Source of the DNA: a virus
Lineage: Duplodnaviria; Caudoviricetes
Length of the DNA stretch: 64,000 nt
Strand: one strand, 5' to 3'
IMG/VR virus record: IMGVR_UViG_3300007770_000001
Under the pieces are notes generated by a model. The model did not search any database, was not told where the DNA came from, and was given only the letters and a program-made list of their open reading frames with translations. Positions 1 to 9,275 of this stretch are shown here, one piece after another. The position numbers and the translations under genes were made by a program. How positions within the stretch are numbered: the first letter of the stretch is position 1; every line of letters begins with the position of its first letter.

Positions 1-98
1 CCCCCCCCCCCCCCCCCCACGATCCTGAGCTACTGAAGTCTCTGGAGGAAGCGAAGACCCTCATGGACGGGCTCTCGAGGGCTCGAGCCGGACGCTAA
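1..98 (+). CDS. 3' end of a gene starting before the window (partial)
   Basis: Open frame ...HDPELLKSLEEAKTLMDGLSRARAGR* ending TAA at 96-98; preceded by an 18-nt C run at the window edge. Confidence 0.4.
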   Translation, partial: PPPPPHDPELLKSLEEAKTLMDGLSRARAGR

Positions 99-139
99 CC
101 TCTCTTGCACACGGTATCTCTACTCCTCGGAGGGGATAC

Positions 140-2506
140 GTGCGGAAACGTGGAATCTACAGTGGGACCGTAGTCGCTCTGGTCTACGAGTCGGAGGACT
201 TCCGGATAGTCAAGCTCCGCCTGGACACGGGCGGGATGTCCGTCACGGCCAAGGGTGACTTCTACGCCCAGACCGTCCGCATCGGGTCCTGGGTCTCGTT
301 CGAAGGCCGCTGGGAAGAACACTCCCAGTACGGACGCCAGCTACAGGTTCTGCGCAGTCCCATCTGCCTCCCCCATTGGACGGATGAGTCGGTCCTCGCG
401 GCGCTCACCGCCCACGGCGTTGGGCCCACACTTCGGATGAAGCTCCGCGTCCATGCGATCGAGACCGACCTCTCCCTGAAGGAACTCCTCGACTCAGGGA
501 ACCTGTCGGGCTCTGATCTGGATCCCGACCACCAGGATCACATCCTCTCCCGCTGGAGGGCCCTCCGGACCTACATGGACGCAACCATGTTCCTGGAGGA
601 GGTGGGCATCCCGCCGAAGGCGGTCGGTCCTCTCATGAAGAGGTTCGGGAACGAGCTCTCCCAACGCTTGACCGAAGATCCCTGGATCCTGGTGCGTCTG
701 GCCGGCCTCACCTTCGAGCAAGCTGACGGGGTCGCCCTCCGTCTGGGTGTCTCTCTGGATTCGCCCAAGCGGATGGAAGGGGCTGTCCTCTCCATCCTAC
801 AGGATCTCACCCGACAAGGCCATGTCTTCGGCACGGTCGGCCAGCTCAAGTACGAGACCCTGAAGTTGTTCCCCGATACGTTCACTGCGGAGAAGCTTGC
901 CAACGCTATCCGCGCCCTGGCGGGGGACAATCAGGTCATCGTGGACAGCAAAACCCGTCCGGGGATCTTCGCCATCTATCTGCCGTGGTTCCATGAGATG
1001 GAGCAGACGTGCGTAGAGGAGATCCAGGACCGGATGTCCAACCCCCCGCGCGCCGAGGAGCTCGTCCAAGCCCTGTCCATCTTCCTCTACGAGGGGCCTC
1101 CTCAGCTTACTGACCATGAGAACGAGCCGGATTTCACTCCTGAGTTCCTGGCCCGCCTCGCTTTGCAGTCATGGGCTCGGGGGAACTCCCTTGCCCTGTC
1201 CGATTCCCAGATGCAGGCAGCGGTCCTCTCGATCATATCCCCGATCTTCATCCTCACCGGCCTGCCCGGGACCGGTAAAACGACCACGCTCCGTGCTGTC
1301 GTCACCGTCCTCAAAGAGGCTGGTGTCCGGTTCACCCTCGTGGCCCCCACAGGCATCGCTGCCAAGCGGATGTCCTCCCTCGCCGGACACCCCGCCTACA
1401 CGGTCCATCGAGCCTTCGGGGCGGCTGGCCATCGGAAGGACGACGATCGGGAGGCTGGATACACGGGAGTCAAGGGGGCTCGCCGTCCTGCCGACCCTCG
1501 GATGAAGAAGGGAGGCAAGGACTGGGAGTTTGGGCCGGATAACCTACACCCGTCCCAGGTCATCATCGTCGATGAGACCTCGATGCTTGACCTACACCTC
1601 CTGTACCGGATCCTCTCCGGTACGCGGTCGGACTGTCGAATCGTGTTCGTCGGCGACCCCTTCCAGCTTCCGAGCGTGGGGGCTGGGGATGTCCTTCGGG
1701 ACATGGCCAAGTCCGACGTATTCCCCCATGTCCACCTGGATGAGATATTCCGGCAGGACGAGGCGTCTGGGATTGTCCTTGCGGCGCATAGCATCAACGC
1801 AGGGAAGACTCCCGCCAAGAATCTCCCCGACTTCAACATGATCCGGGAAGCTCGGGAGAAGCACGCTGCCGAACGGATCGTTGAGATCGCTGAGCATCTG
1901 TATGCGGCGCGGATCAACTTCCAGGTCCTCTCCCCGCGCCACGGTGGGGATGTAGGGGTCACTGCCCTGAATGAGGCCCTCCGTCGTCGGCTCAACCCGG
2001 CGCTCCCGGGTCTCGTGGATATCCGCCTTGGTGGGGATGTCGTTCGGGAGGATGACCGAGTCATGGTCACTCGCAACGACTACCAGAGGGAGGTGTACAA
2101 CGGAGACGTAGGGAAGATCAGCATGATTGACCGCCGGGCGCGGGAGGTCTCTGTCAAGGTCTTCGAGCCTCCGGGAGTCCCCGACCGAATCGTCCGCTTC
2201 CCCTTCTCAGGTCCGGATGGAGCCTCTCGGACTCTCCGGCTGGCCTATGCCCAAACGGTCCACAAGTCCCAGGGGCAGGAGTACGATGTCATCGTTGTGC
2301 CTGTCCTCCGAAGCTTCGGTCGTCAGCTCCAGAGGAACCTGTTCTACACGGCGATCACTCGTGCCCGCAAGAAGGTGTTCCTGGTGGGCACCTGGGACGC
2401 TTTCTCCCGTGCTGTGCAGAACAACACAGCGGAGGAGCGGAACTCCCTACTCCGAGACCACCTATCCAAGATCGTCACGGTTTCCGGGCTCATCTCGGAG
2501 GCGTAA
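140..2506 (+). CDS. recD2: RecD2/TraA-family SF1B helicase
   Basis: N-terminal OB-like and HhH region; Walker A GLPGTGKTT; LVAPTGIAAKR; IIVDETSM; VGDPFQLPSVGAG; FRQ; LAYAQTVHKSQGQE; RNLFYTAITRA. GTG start after GGAGGGG. Confidence 0.95.
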   Translation: MRKRGIYSGTVVALVYESEDFRIVKLRLDTGGMSVTAKGDFYAQTVRIGSWVSFEGRWEEHSQYGRQLQVLRSPICLPHWTDESVLAALTAHGVGPTLRMKLRVHAIETDLSLKELLDSGNLSGSDLDPDHQDHILSRWRALRTYMDATMFLEEVGIPPKAVGPLMKRFGNELSQRLTEDPWILVRLAGLTFEQADGVALRLGVSLDSPKRMEGAVLSILQDLTRQGHVFGTVGQLKYETLKLFPDTFTAEKLANAIRALAGDNQVIVDSKTRPGIFAIYLPWFHEMEQTCVEEIQDRMSNPPRAEELVQALSIFLYEGPPQLTDHENEPDFTPEFLARLALQSWARGNSLALSDSQMQAAVLSIISPIFILTGLPGTGKTTTLRAVVTVLKEAGVRFTLVAPTGIAAKRMSSLAGHPAYTVHRAFGAAGHRKDDDREAGYTGVKGARRPADPRMKKGGKDWEFGPDNLHPSQVIIVDETSMLDLHLLYRILSGTRSDCRIVFVGDPFQLPSVGAGDVLRDMAKSDVFPHVHLDEIFRQDEASGIVLAAHSINAGKTPAKNLPDFNMIREAREKHAAERIVEIAEHLYAARINFQVLSPRHGGDVGVTALNEALRRRLNPALPGLVDIRLGGDVVREDDRVMVTRNDYQREVYNGDVGKISMIDRRAREVSVKVFEPPGVPDRIVRFPFSGPDGASRTLRLAYAQTVHKSQGQEYDVIVVPVLRSFGRQLQRNLFYTAITRARKKVFLVGTWDAFSRAVQNNTAEERNSLLRDHLSKIVTVSGLISEA

Positions 2507-2533
2507 CGGTGGGGAACCCGAACCGAGGATCCC

Positions 2534-2749
2534 ATGGCCCCTTCCCTGACCGACTCCGATCTCCAGACCTGTACGGATACCTGGTGGGCCCTCCAGGATC
2601 CCTGTGAGGACTCCGACTGCCAGAACAGTCGCTTCGGATGCGACTGCAAATCCAGCAGGCCGGTTGTTCTCTCCTTTGGATACGCGGACGTCCACCAGGA
2701 CGGCTCCGTCACCGTTTACGGGGGTGTCATCGCCAACGTCGGTGCGTGA
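2534..2749 (+). CDS. small Cys-rich hypothetical protein
   Basis: 71-aa ORF filling the gap between genes; GAGG upstream; five Cys (CTD...PCEDSDC...GCDCK). Confidence 0.55.
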   Translation: MAPSLTDSDLQTCTDTWWALQDPCEDSDCQNSRFGCDCKSSRPVVLSFGYADVHQDGSVTVYGGVIANVGA

Positions 2750-2767
2750 ACTGTCCCGTTTGGGTAG

Positions 2768-2774
2768 CGGTAAC
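2768..2774 (+). promoter_or_regulatory. CGGTAAC upstream motif (putative early/middle element)
   Basis: Intergenic, 32 nt before ATG 2806. Confidence 0.45.
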
Positions 2775-2805
2775 GGTAGGAGCGCCTGTTCAATGCAGGT
2801 GATGT

Positions 2806-3504
2806 ATGCCCGATGCTGCTCCCCGTGACGGGGACTCGATCGTCTTCTTTGACATCGAGACCGTCCAAGTTCCGCAGAATGACCCTCTCTGGCTTCGCCT
2901 CAGCGCCCGGATACAGCGGCTGCCTGGCGAATCCGAGGAGGACTTCGAAGAGCGCCTGGGGAACATCCACCGCAAGACGACCCTGAACCCGGCTCTCGGT
3001 CGGGTCTGGATGATCGGCTATGCGGTCAACAAGGGAGAGCCCAAGGTGCTCCTCGGGGATGGCTCCCTTGGAGAAGAGAAGCGGATCGTATCTGAGTTCC
3101 TGGGATTCCTCAAGGACACCCCGCGCTTCTGGCTGGCTGGACACAACATCTTGGGGTTTGACATCCCGTTCCTCCAGGTCAGAGCCCTCCATCACGGGCT
3201 GGGGAGGGAGGCTGCTGTCCTCGGCCGCGTCACGGAGAAGCCTTGGGAGCGTCGAGCAATCGACACCATGAAGCTCTGGCCGCGGACCTCCAATGACCGC
3301 TCTGCCTGGCGGGAAGGGCTGTCTGGCCTGGGGAAGCTCAGCACCATCTGCCATGTCCTTGGCATCCCTCTCCAGGAGGGAGTCATGGGCGAGACCATCT
3401 ACGATGCGTTCAAGGCGGGAGACACTGGGGGCGCGGTAAAACACGTTCGGGAAGATATTGAGCAGATTCGTGAGGTGTTCCGTCGCCTCTGGCCTCTTCG
3501 GTAG
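2806..3504 (+). CDS. DEDD 3'-5' exonuclease (PolB/DnaQ-like proofreading domain, stand-alone)
   Basis: ExoI FFDIET, ExoII GHNILGFDIPFL, ExoIII HVREDI. Confidence 0.85.
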   Translation: MPDAAPRDGDSIVFFDIETVQVPQNDPLWLRLSARIQRLPGESEEDFEERLGNIHRKTTLNPALGRVWMIGYAVNKGEPKVLLGDGSLGEEKRIVSEFLGFLKDTPRFWLAGHNILGFDIPFLQVRALHHGLGREAAVLGRVTEKPWERRAIDTMKLWPRTSNDRSAWREGLSGLGKLSTICHVLGIPLQEGVMGETIYDAFKAGDTGGAVKHVREDIEQIREVFRRLWPLR

Positions 3505-3510
3505 GTGTCC

Positions 3511-4074
3511 ATGACCCAGGTTCAGGTCCATCCCTTCCTCCTGGCGGAGGATATCCAGAAGTGCGTGGTCCAGGTGGGCCGGGATATCCGCGCACACTAC
3601 GGAGAGGGGACCGTCATCGACTGTGTGGTGGTCCTCACTGGGGCCTTCACGTTTGCCTCAGATCTGGTCCGCCAGATTGGCTCTCCTCTCCGTCTACATT
3701 TCGTCCGGGCGGCCTCCTATCAGGGCACCACCAGCACTGGGAACGTTCGGGTCTCGACACCACCTCGCCTCTCGGAATGTCATGTCCTCCTGATCGAGGA
3801 CATCGTGGACACAGGCCAGACCCTGGACAACCTTCTTCGGGAGTTCCGGAACGTCCTTCCCAAGAGCCTCCGTGCAGTTTCTCTGTTGGACAAGCCCTCA
3901 CGCCGACTCCCAAACAAGCCAGGCCCTGACTTCTCCGGGTTCGTCATCTCCGACTCTTTCGTGGTGGGCTACGGGATGGACTGGAACGAGAGGTATCGGG
4001 AGCTCCCCTACATCGGCATCATAGGACCCTCCGAGAAGCGGTCTGCTCTCATACCTCCAGAGGACTCTACGTGA
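3511..4074 (+). CDS. hpt: hypoxanthine(-guanine) phosphoribosyltransferase
   Basis: VVLTGAFTFASDL, ASYQGTTSTG, PRPP-binding loop VLLIEDIVDTGQT, LLDKP, FVVGYGMDWNERYRELPYI. Confidence 0.93.
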   Translation: MTQVQVHPFLLAEDIQKCVVQVGRDIRAHYGEGTVIDCVVVLTGAFTFASDLVRQIGSPLRLHFVRAASYQGTTSTGNVRVSTPPRLSECHVLLIEDIVDTGQTLDNLLREFRNVLPKSLRAVSLLDKPSRRLPNKPGPDFSGFVISDSFVVGYGMDWNERYRELPYIGIIGPSEKRSALIPPEDST

Positions 4075-4928
4075 CCACAGCGCAGCTTCCGGTCGTCAGC
4101 CAGGATTCCGTCAATCGCATCTTCTCCCGTCTCTCCCAGATGGAAGTGCAGCTGGACGCGGATCCTCTCATCTATGGGCCCAAGCGCCTCAACGGCAAGG
4201 TCGCTCAAGCTCGGCGCCTGCTTTCCGAAGCGGAACTCCTGTTCCAACGGATTTCCCACTGGCAGCAGCAGTACCGAGTCGCCCATCGTACTGTCAACGC
4301 GACTCTCGATCTGGAGGTCAAGGATCTCCTGGCGAATGATCCCGAGGTGCGCGCCGGGCGCAACCTGAACACATCCGTGGCGATCGCTCACATGAAGAAG
4401 CGGCCTCTGGTGGAAGAGGTCCAGCGCCTGGAGGGAGTTCTCCAGGACCTCGAGGCCATCCAGACGGTCGTCAAGGCCAAGCGGTCGGATCTCAAGGACA
4501 CCCAGGCTCGCATCCGAGACCAGATCAAGCTCTGTCACGAGGAGCTTGGGCTCGGTGGTCACTGGGGCTCCGCCCGCGCCCCGCAGGACGATTCCTCCCG
4601 GCCGCGAACCGGTCACACTCTCCGAGACCTGCTGGACATCTGGCAGCGGGGGGAAGACCCCTCCCAGACCCCTGTGCGGGGAACTCCCGCCCCAACTCCT
4701 GCCCCCGCCCCTACGCCTGCTGTAGAGGCTCCCACAGAGGAGTCTCCTTCAACGGAGACCAAGGCAGGGTTCCGTGACCTCACGGTTCTGGATGGGGGGA
4801 AGGACGGAGAGGAGCCTCTCAAGGATCTCCTGGGAGATGAGGAGCCCGGGGCCAAGCACTTCCCCAGAGATGGCCGGGTAGGCTCCCAACAGGAGATCGA
4901 TGACCTCCTGCGGGGGCTTGATATCTGA
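4071..4928 (+). CDS. coiled-coil protein with Pro/Thr/Ala linker and acidic tail; possibly UvsY-like recombination mediator
   Basis: Long helical N-terminal half, PAPTPAPAPTP linker, C-terminus EIDDLLRGLDI; lies next to the SSB-like, RuvC and RecA genes. The UvsY link is inference only. Confidence 0.55.
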   Translation: MTTAQLPVVSQDSVNRIFSRLSQMEVQLDADPLIYGPKRLNGKVAQARRLLSEAELLFQRISHWQQQYRVAHRTVNATLDLEVKDLLANDPEVRAGRNLNTSVAIAHMKKRPLVEEVQRLEGVLQDLEAIQTVVKAKRSDLKDTQARIRDQIKLCHEELGLGGHWGSARAPQDDSSRPRTGHTLRDLLDIWQRGEDPSQTPVRGTPAPTPAPAPTPAVEAPTEESPSTETKAGFRDLTVLDGGKDGEEPLKDLLGDEEPGAKHFPRDGRVGSQQEIDDLLRGLDI

Positions 4929-4952
4929 AACGCTGTCAGATCAGTCCCGACC

Positions 4953-4959
4953 CGGTAAC
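4953..4959 (+). promoter_or_regulatory. CGGTAAC upstream motif
   Basis: Intergenic, before the SSB-like gene. Confidence 0.45.
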
Positions 4960-5032
4960 CACATGCATGGTGCAAAACTCGCCCCAAGGGCACACCAACC
5001 AGCGCCATTACAACAAGTGAGGATGAGAAACT

Positions 5033-5803
5033 ATGTCTGACGGATTCATGGACTTCAGCACCAATCTGGGCGACGACGACGTTCGCTCCAAGGGCGGACG
5101 CTTCAAGGCCAAGGACGAGACCACCTACCGCGCCAGCATGGGCTGGCTCTCCGTACCCACCATCAAGGACGGCAAGGTCGTCGCCTGGGATGACGAGGCG
5201 GCCTTCCCCGCCGAGGGTGGGATCCACCCGGACGCGAAGATCCGCTACACGGGCTGCGATCGCGTCTACATCAAGGGCTGCGGCTACGTGATGTATGCCG
5301 GCCCCGCCTACGCCAAGTTCCTGGGCGGCAAGAAGCCTCGTACCACGGTCGCCACGATCATCGTCCTCTGGCCGACCGACTCCGAGGGTGATCTCGACGA
5401 GGCGAAGTTCAAGGCGGGCAAGGGCTGGGATGTCAAGTCCTTCGTCTTCGACCTGGGCAAGTACAACGACATCAAGGCCAAGGACAAGCGATTCGCTCTG
5501 ACCAGCCACGACATCTCCATGGCCTGCCCCGAGAACGGTTCGGAGTTCCAGAAGCTCCAGTTCACTCCCGAGGGTGAGAGCCTGCTTCGCATGGTCCTGG
5601 AGTCGGAGAACCCCCACTTCCAGGAGGTCGCTCGCCGCATCCGCGCCGACATCGCTGGCGTGGCTCTGACCATCCGTGACGACGTCGCCCGCTTGATGAC
5701 CGTGTCCGAGATCGAAGACAAGCTGTCCGGGAAGGAGAACTCCCCCGCCAAGTCGAAGTCCCTCACCTCGGGTGACGTGAAGAGCCTCCTGGGCGGTCTC
5801 TGA
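5033..5803 (+). CDS. putative single-stranded DNA-binding protein (phage OB-fold type)
   Basis: Strong C/G-ending codon bias and A/C-rich leader suggest high expression; alternating beta pattern; flexible C-terminal tail; position in the recombination cluster. Confidence 0.6.
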   Translation: MSDGFMDFSTNLGDDDVRSKGGRFKAKDETTYRASMGWLSVPTIKDGKVVAWDDEAAFPAEGGIHPDAKIRYTGCDRVYIKGCGYVMYAGPAYAKFLGGKKPRTTVATIIVLWPTDSEGDLDEAKFKAGKGWDVKSFVFDLGKYNDIKAKDKRFALTSHDISMACPENGSEFQKLQFTPEGESLLRMVLESENPHFQEVARRIRADIAGVALTIRDDVARLMTVSEIEDKLSGKENSPAKSKSLTSGDVKSLLGGL

Positions 5804-5809
5804 GCCCAG

Positions 5810-6511
5810 GTGCTGATTCTCGGGGTAGATCCCAGTCTGACCGGATACGGCTGGGCTCTCCACGATACGGAGGCCCCCGTTGGGACGGCAGCGCGCTGTC
5901 CTGATCGGGGGCGCTTCTCTACGTCGGCGCGGATGGAGTTCATCGATCGCTACGTCTTCCTTCGGGAGAGTCTCGATCAGGTACTCCGCCGCGCCCCCCA
6001 TGATCGAGTAGGTCTGGAGCAACCTGTCTTCGGGAACCTCTACTCGGAAGGGATGTATGGGCTGTTCCTCTTCACCTGTGAGGCCCTGAAGAGGAACAAC
6101 TGCGATGTGGTCCTATGGACCCCGCTCCAAATCAAGGCCCACGCTCGGGACTCCATAGATCGCCCTCCGAAGTGGAAGATGGAGAAGCCCGATATGGTGG
6201 AAGCCGCCCGGAATGAGACCGGTGGCGGCAAGTGGAACCACAACGAGGCCGACGCGTACCTATGTGCGGTGCTGGCTGGCCGGTTCTGGAAGCTCCACGC
6301 AGGGGAGATCTCAGTAGATGATCTGACCCCTACCGAGAAGAGATACTTCACCCGAGTGTGGAACCCCAAACGTGGGAAGCATGCCGGGAAGACGATCAAG
6401 ACGGGAACCCTCCACCGAGAGGATGACCGATTCTTTCTATGGTCCAGAGGGAGGGAACCATCACATGGCAAAGAACAGCAGGGCTCTCAGGGGCTCCAAG
6501 AGCCCACTTGA
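5810..6511 (+). CDS. ruvC: Holliday junction resolvase, RuvC family
   Basis: ILGVDPSLTGYGW, VGLEQP and HNEADAY supply the four RuvC acidic residues. Confidence 0.88.
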   Translation: MLILGVDPSLTGYGWALHDTEAPVGTAARCPDRGRFSTSARMEFIDRYVFLRESLDQVLRRAPHDRVGLEQPVFGNLYSEGMYGLFLFTCEALKRNNCDVVLWTPLQIKAHARDSIDRPPKWKMEKPDMVEAARNETGGGKWNHNEADAYLCAVLAGRFWKLHAGEISVDDLTPTEKRYFTRVWNPKRGKHAGKTIKTGTLHREDDRFFLWSRGREPSHGKEQQGSQGLQEPT

Positions 6512-7691
6512 CGCGGCTCGCGCCTATCTACACTCGAAGCAGAAGAAGGTCTACGAGAACGCCCGCGTTCGGCTGAGCGACGAGGACCTCAAGGAGTCCT
6601 TTCCGCATCTCCCCTCTGGCTGTGATGTCATCGACTTCCTCATCGGGGGAGACAAGAACGAGTTCGGGGTGGCGCCCTGTCCGGGGTTCCCTCGGGGTCG
6701 GGTGGCTCAGATTTGGGGTCACGAGTCCGCAGGGAAGACGACCGTGGCTCTCACGTGCTGTGCATCGGCCTGTGAGTTCATCCACCACAATGGGCGTCCA
6801 GGCAGCGCTCTCTACATCGACTGGGAGAACGACATCGTTCCCTGGTACGCGCGGGCCCTCGGGGTCCCTACCTCCGATGAGTCTCGGTTCGAGCTCCTCC
6901 AGCCGGAGACCCTCGAGGACGGCATCAAGTTCGCCATGACCTATGCAGCGGCGGGTGTCGATCTCATCGTCTTCGACTCGGTCGGCGCTGCTGTCCCTCG
7001 TCGTCTCGCCGAGCGGGATGCTCTGGATACTGCGGAGCAGGGCAAGATGATGGAGCTCCAGGCTATCTGGTCCCAGGAGCTCCCCAACCTCAAGAGGGTC
7101 ATTGCCCAGACCGGAACGGCGGTCATCGGCATCTCCCAGACTCGCGCCTCCATGGCCAAAGTGGGGAAGCAGACCAAGCCTCAGGGTGGCAACGCCTGGA
7201 AGTTCTACTCCTCGGTGCGGATGGAGCTCCGCCGGGTCCAGAACGAGAAGTCCAAGAGGTTCAACGCGCTGAAGCACACCGCCGAAGAGCGGGTGGTCGG
7301 CGGCGTCATCAAGGCCCAGCTGGTCAAGTGCAAGATGTCCCCCAACCAGGGCCGCGAAGAGGTCTTCTACATTCGGTGGGGGGAGGGGATCGACAACGTT
7401 CGTACCACCCTCGAGGTCGCCCGGTGCCACGGCATCATCAAGAAGAGCGGCAGCTGGCTCGCCTGGGAGGACTGCCCTGGCGGCAAGTTCTCCACCCAGG
7501 GAACCGAGAAGTTCCGGCAGCACCTCATCGACAACCCGGACAAGTACGACATCCTCCACGCACGGGTCCAGCCTCTCCTGGGACAGGGCCTCGCGGACGA
7601 GTTCGAGGACGAGGAGGTCTTCGACCTGGATGACGTCGACGGGATCGGCGCGATCCTGGCCGGAGCCGCCAAGGAAGAGGGCGGCGAGTAG
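6465..7691 (+). CDS. recA: RecA recombinase
   Basis: GFPRGRVAQIWGHESAGKTT, LYIDWEN, IVFDSVGA, VIGISQTR, GGNAWKFYSSVRMELRR. ATG 6465 after GAGGG chosen over the longer ORF start. Confidence 0.95.
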   Translation: MAKNSRALRGSKSPLDAARAYLHSKQKKVYENARVRLSDEDLKESFPHLPSGCDVIDFLIGGDKNEFGVAPCPGFPRGRVAQIWGHESAGKTTVALTCCASACEFIHHNGRPGSALYIDWENDIVPWYARALGVPTSDESRFELLQPETLEDGIKFAMTYAAAGVDLIVFDSVGAAVPRRLAERDALDTAEQGKMMELQAIWSQELPNLKRVIAQTGTAVIGISQTRASMAKVGKQTKPQGGNAWKFYSSVRMELRRVQNEKSKRFNALKHTAEERVVGGVIKAQLVKCKMSPNQGREEVFYIRWGEGIDNVRTTLEVARCHGIIKKSGSWLAWEDCPGGKFSTQGTEKFRQHLIDNPDKYDILHARVQPLLGQGLADEFEDEEVFDLDDVDGIGAILAGAAKEEGGE

Positions 7692-7701
7692 AGTCTCCTC
7701 C

Positions 7702-7708
7702 CGGTAAC
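7702..7708 (+). promoter_or_regulatory. CGGTAAC upstream motif
   Basis: Intergenic, 12 nt before ATG 7720. Confidence 0.45.
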
Positions 7709-7719
7709 TCGAGGGATAG

Positions 7720-8949
7720 ATGCCTGTCCGCGTCCGGATCAAGAACTTCCAGTCCATCGCAGACGCGGATCTGCAGATATCGGGGTTCGTTATCATTACA
7801 GGCCCCAACAACTCGGGGAAGACGGCGGTCCTCCGCGCAATCCGGGGTGTGTTCACGAACCCGCCTGCAGGACCTCTCCTCCGGTCTGGTGCCTGCTACC
7901 TCTCGGTCCATCTCACCTTCGATGACGGCACAGATATCATCTGGGAGAAGGGCTGGGAGAAACCCTTCCAGAAGGGGCCTGGCGTCAACCGCTACATCCT
8001 GAATGGACAGACCCTCAGTTCCGTGGGTCGCAAGGTCCCTCCTGAGATAGAGGATTTGGGGGTCCGGAGTATCCAAGCCGCTTCCCACTGCATCTGGCCG
8101 CAGGTGGCATCCCAGTTCACAGGCCAGTTGTTCTTGGTCAACCGGCCTGGCTCTGCCATCGCAGAGGCCCTATCCGATGTCTCCCGGGTCGGGCAGCTGA
8201 CCGCAGCCATGCGTCTCTCCGAAAGTGAGCGGAGGACTGCTGATAATGAGCTCCGGGTTCGGCGCAAGGATGTCAAGGCCCTCACCTCCGAGGTGGCCAA
8301 GTACGACGGCCTTGAGGGGGTCCGGGCCCTCGCGGACGCAGCCAAGCAGGGCCGCGAGGCATCCGCACAGGCTGCTGAGAGCCTCGAGACCACCCGTTCC
8401 CTACAGCGTAGGTTCAAGGACTCAGCAGCCTCTGTACAGGCGTTTTCGGGCTTCGACCCAGGCGTCCTTCCTCCTGCTGACACACCCCGGACGATACGGG
8501 ATCTCCAGGCTCGGATACACCAGTATCGAAGTCTGTCCAGTCGTCTGTCCCGAGCCCTGGCAGAGGACGATCTCTACAGTAGCTTCTGGGTCCAACTACC
8601 AGATGCTTCCCGGGCTTCCCGGATCGGGAAGGGCCTGCGTCGCGTCCGGGGATTCCACTCCCGGCATCAGGCTCTACAGAGGGAAGCGCAGGTATTCTCC
8701 GATACCCCCATGCCGGCACTTCCTGATGAGACCGCATCCCGAGAGGTAGGCGCGCGGCTCTACGAGACTCGGCGACTTGCCCGGTTCTATGGGCGGGCCG
8801 GGTCCGAGGTATCGGGCTGGGAGTCCGATCTGAGCAGAGCACGAACCCAACACCAAGAGGCGGTGTCCCTGGTGCAGAATCTCCTCGGTAAAAGAGGCCT
8901 CTGTCCTACCTGCGGGACGGTTTGCCAAGAACACCCAGGGAGTCTATGA
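7720..8949 (+). CDS. sbcC: SbcC/Rad50-like ATPase, N-terminal half (Walker A, coiled coil, zinc hook)
   Basis: RIKNFQSI, ITGPNNSGKTAVLRAI, Q-loop region ASQFTGQLF, coiled coil ending in CPTCG; no Walker B. Confidence 0.85.
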   Translation: MPVRVRIKNFQSIADADLQISGFVIITGPNNSGKTAVLRAIRGVFTNPPAGPLLRSGACYLSVHLTFDDGTDIIWEKGWEKPFQKGPGVNRYILNGQTLSSVGRKVPPEIEDLGVRSIQAASHCIWPQVASQFTGQLFLVNRPGSAIAEALSDVSRVGQLTAAMRLSESERRTADNELRVRRKDVKALTSEVAKYDGLEGVRALADAAKQGREASAQAAESLETTRSLQRRFKDSAASVQAFSGFDPGVLPPADTPRTIRDLQARIHQYRSLSSRLSRALAEDDLYSSFWVQLPDASRASRIGKGLRRVRGFHSRHQALQREAQVFSDTPMPALPDETASREVGARLYETRRLARFYGRAGSEVSGWESDLSRARTQHQEAVSLVQNLLGKRGLCPTCGTVCQEHPGSL

Positions 8950-9275
8950 TGAACCGCGCCGACGCGATGAGATTGATCAAGGATGTCATTGCCAAGGAAC
9001 TCGGGATCAACATCCCCGTGGTTGGGGACGTCCTGGATATCCAAGGCACCGAGTGGGTCATGGCGGGCTTCAACGACGCCTTGCCGGGTTGGATCCAGGT
9101 CCTCCGGAAGGAGGTGTACGAGGAGGTCCGGCAAGGAGACGAGGCTGTCATCATCGACGGCACGTGGGCCTTCTATCCGCCGCTTGCGCGGATTGCCCAA
9201 GAGATGAACACGCTCAGGACTGAGAACCCGGAACGCCTGCGTGCCATCTTCCAGAAGATGGGCCTGTCTGTATGA
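8946..9275 (+). CDS. hypothetical protein
   Basis: ATGA overlaps with both neighbours. Confidence 0.75.
   Translation: MMNRADAMRLIKDVIAKELGINIPVVGDVLDIQGTEWVMAGFNDALPGWIQVLRKEVYEEVRQGDEAVIIDGTWAFYPPLARIAQEMNTLRTENPERLRAIFQKMGLSV

Noticed and set aside
1-18. 18-nt poly-C run
   Set aside because: It lies at the window edge with no context; it could be poly-Pro coding or a sequencing/assembly artefact.
6465-7691. Inteins in RecA, terminase, helicase or DnaX
   Set aside because: Lengths are near normal and no C/S...HN splice motifs or LAGLIDADG blocks are seen.
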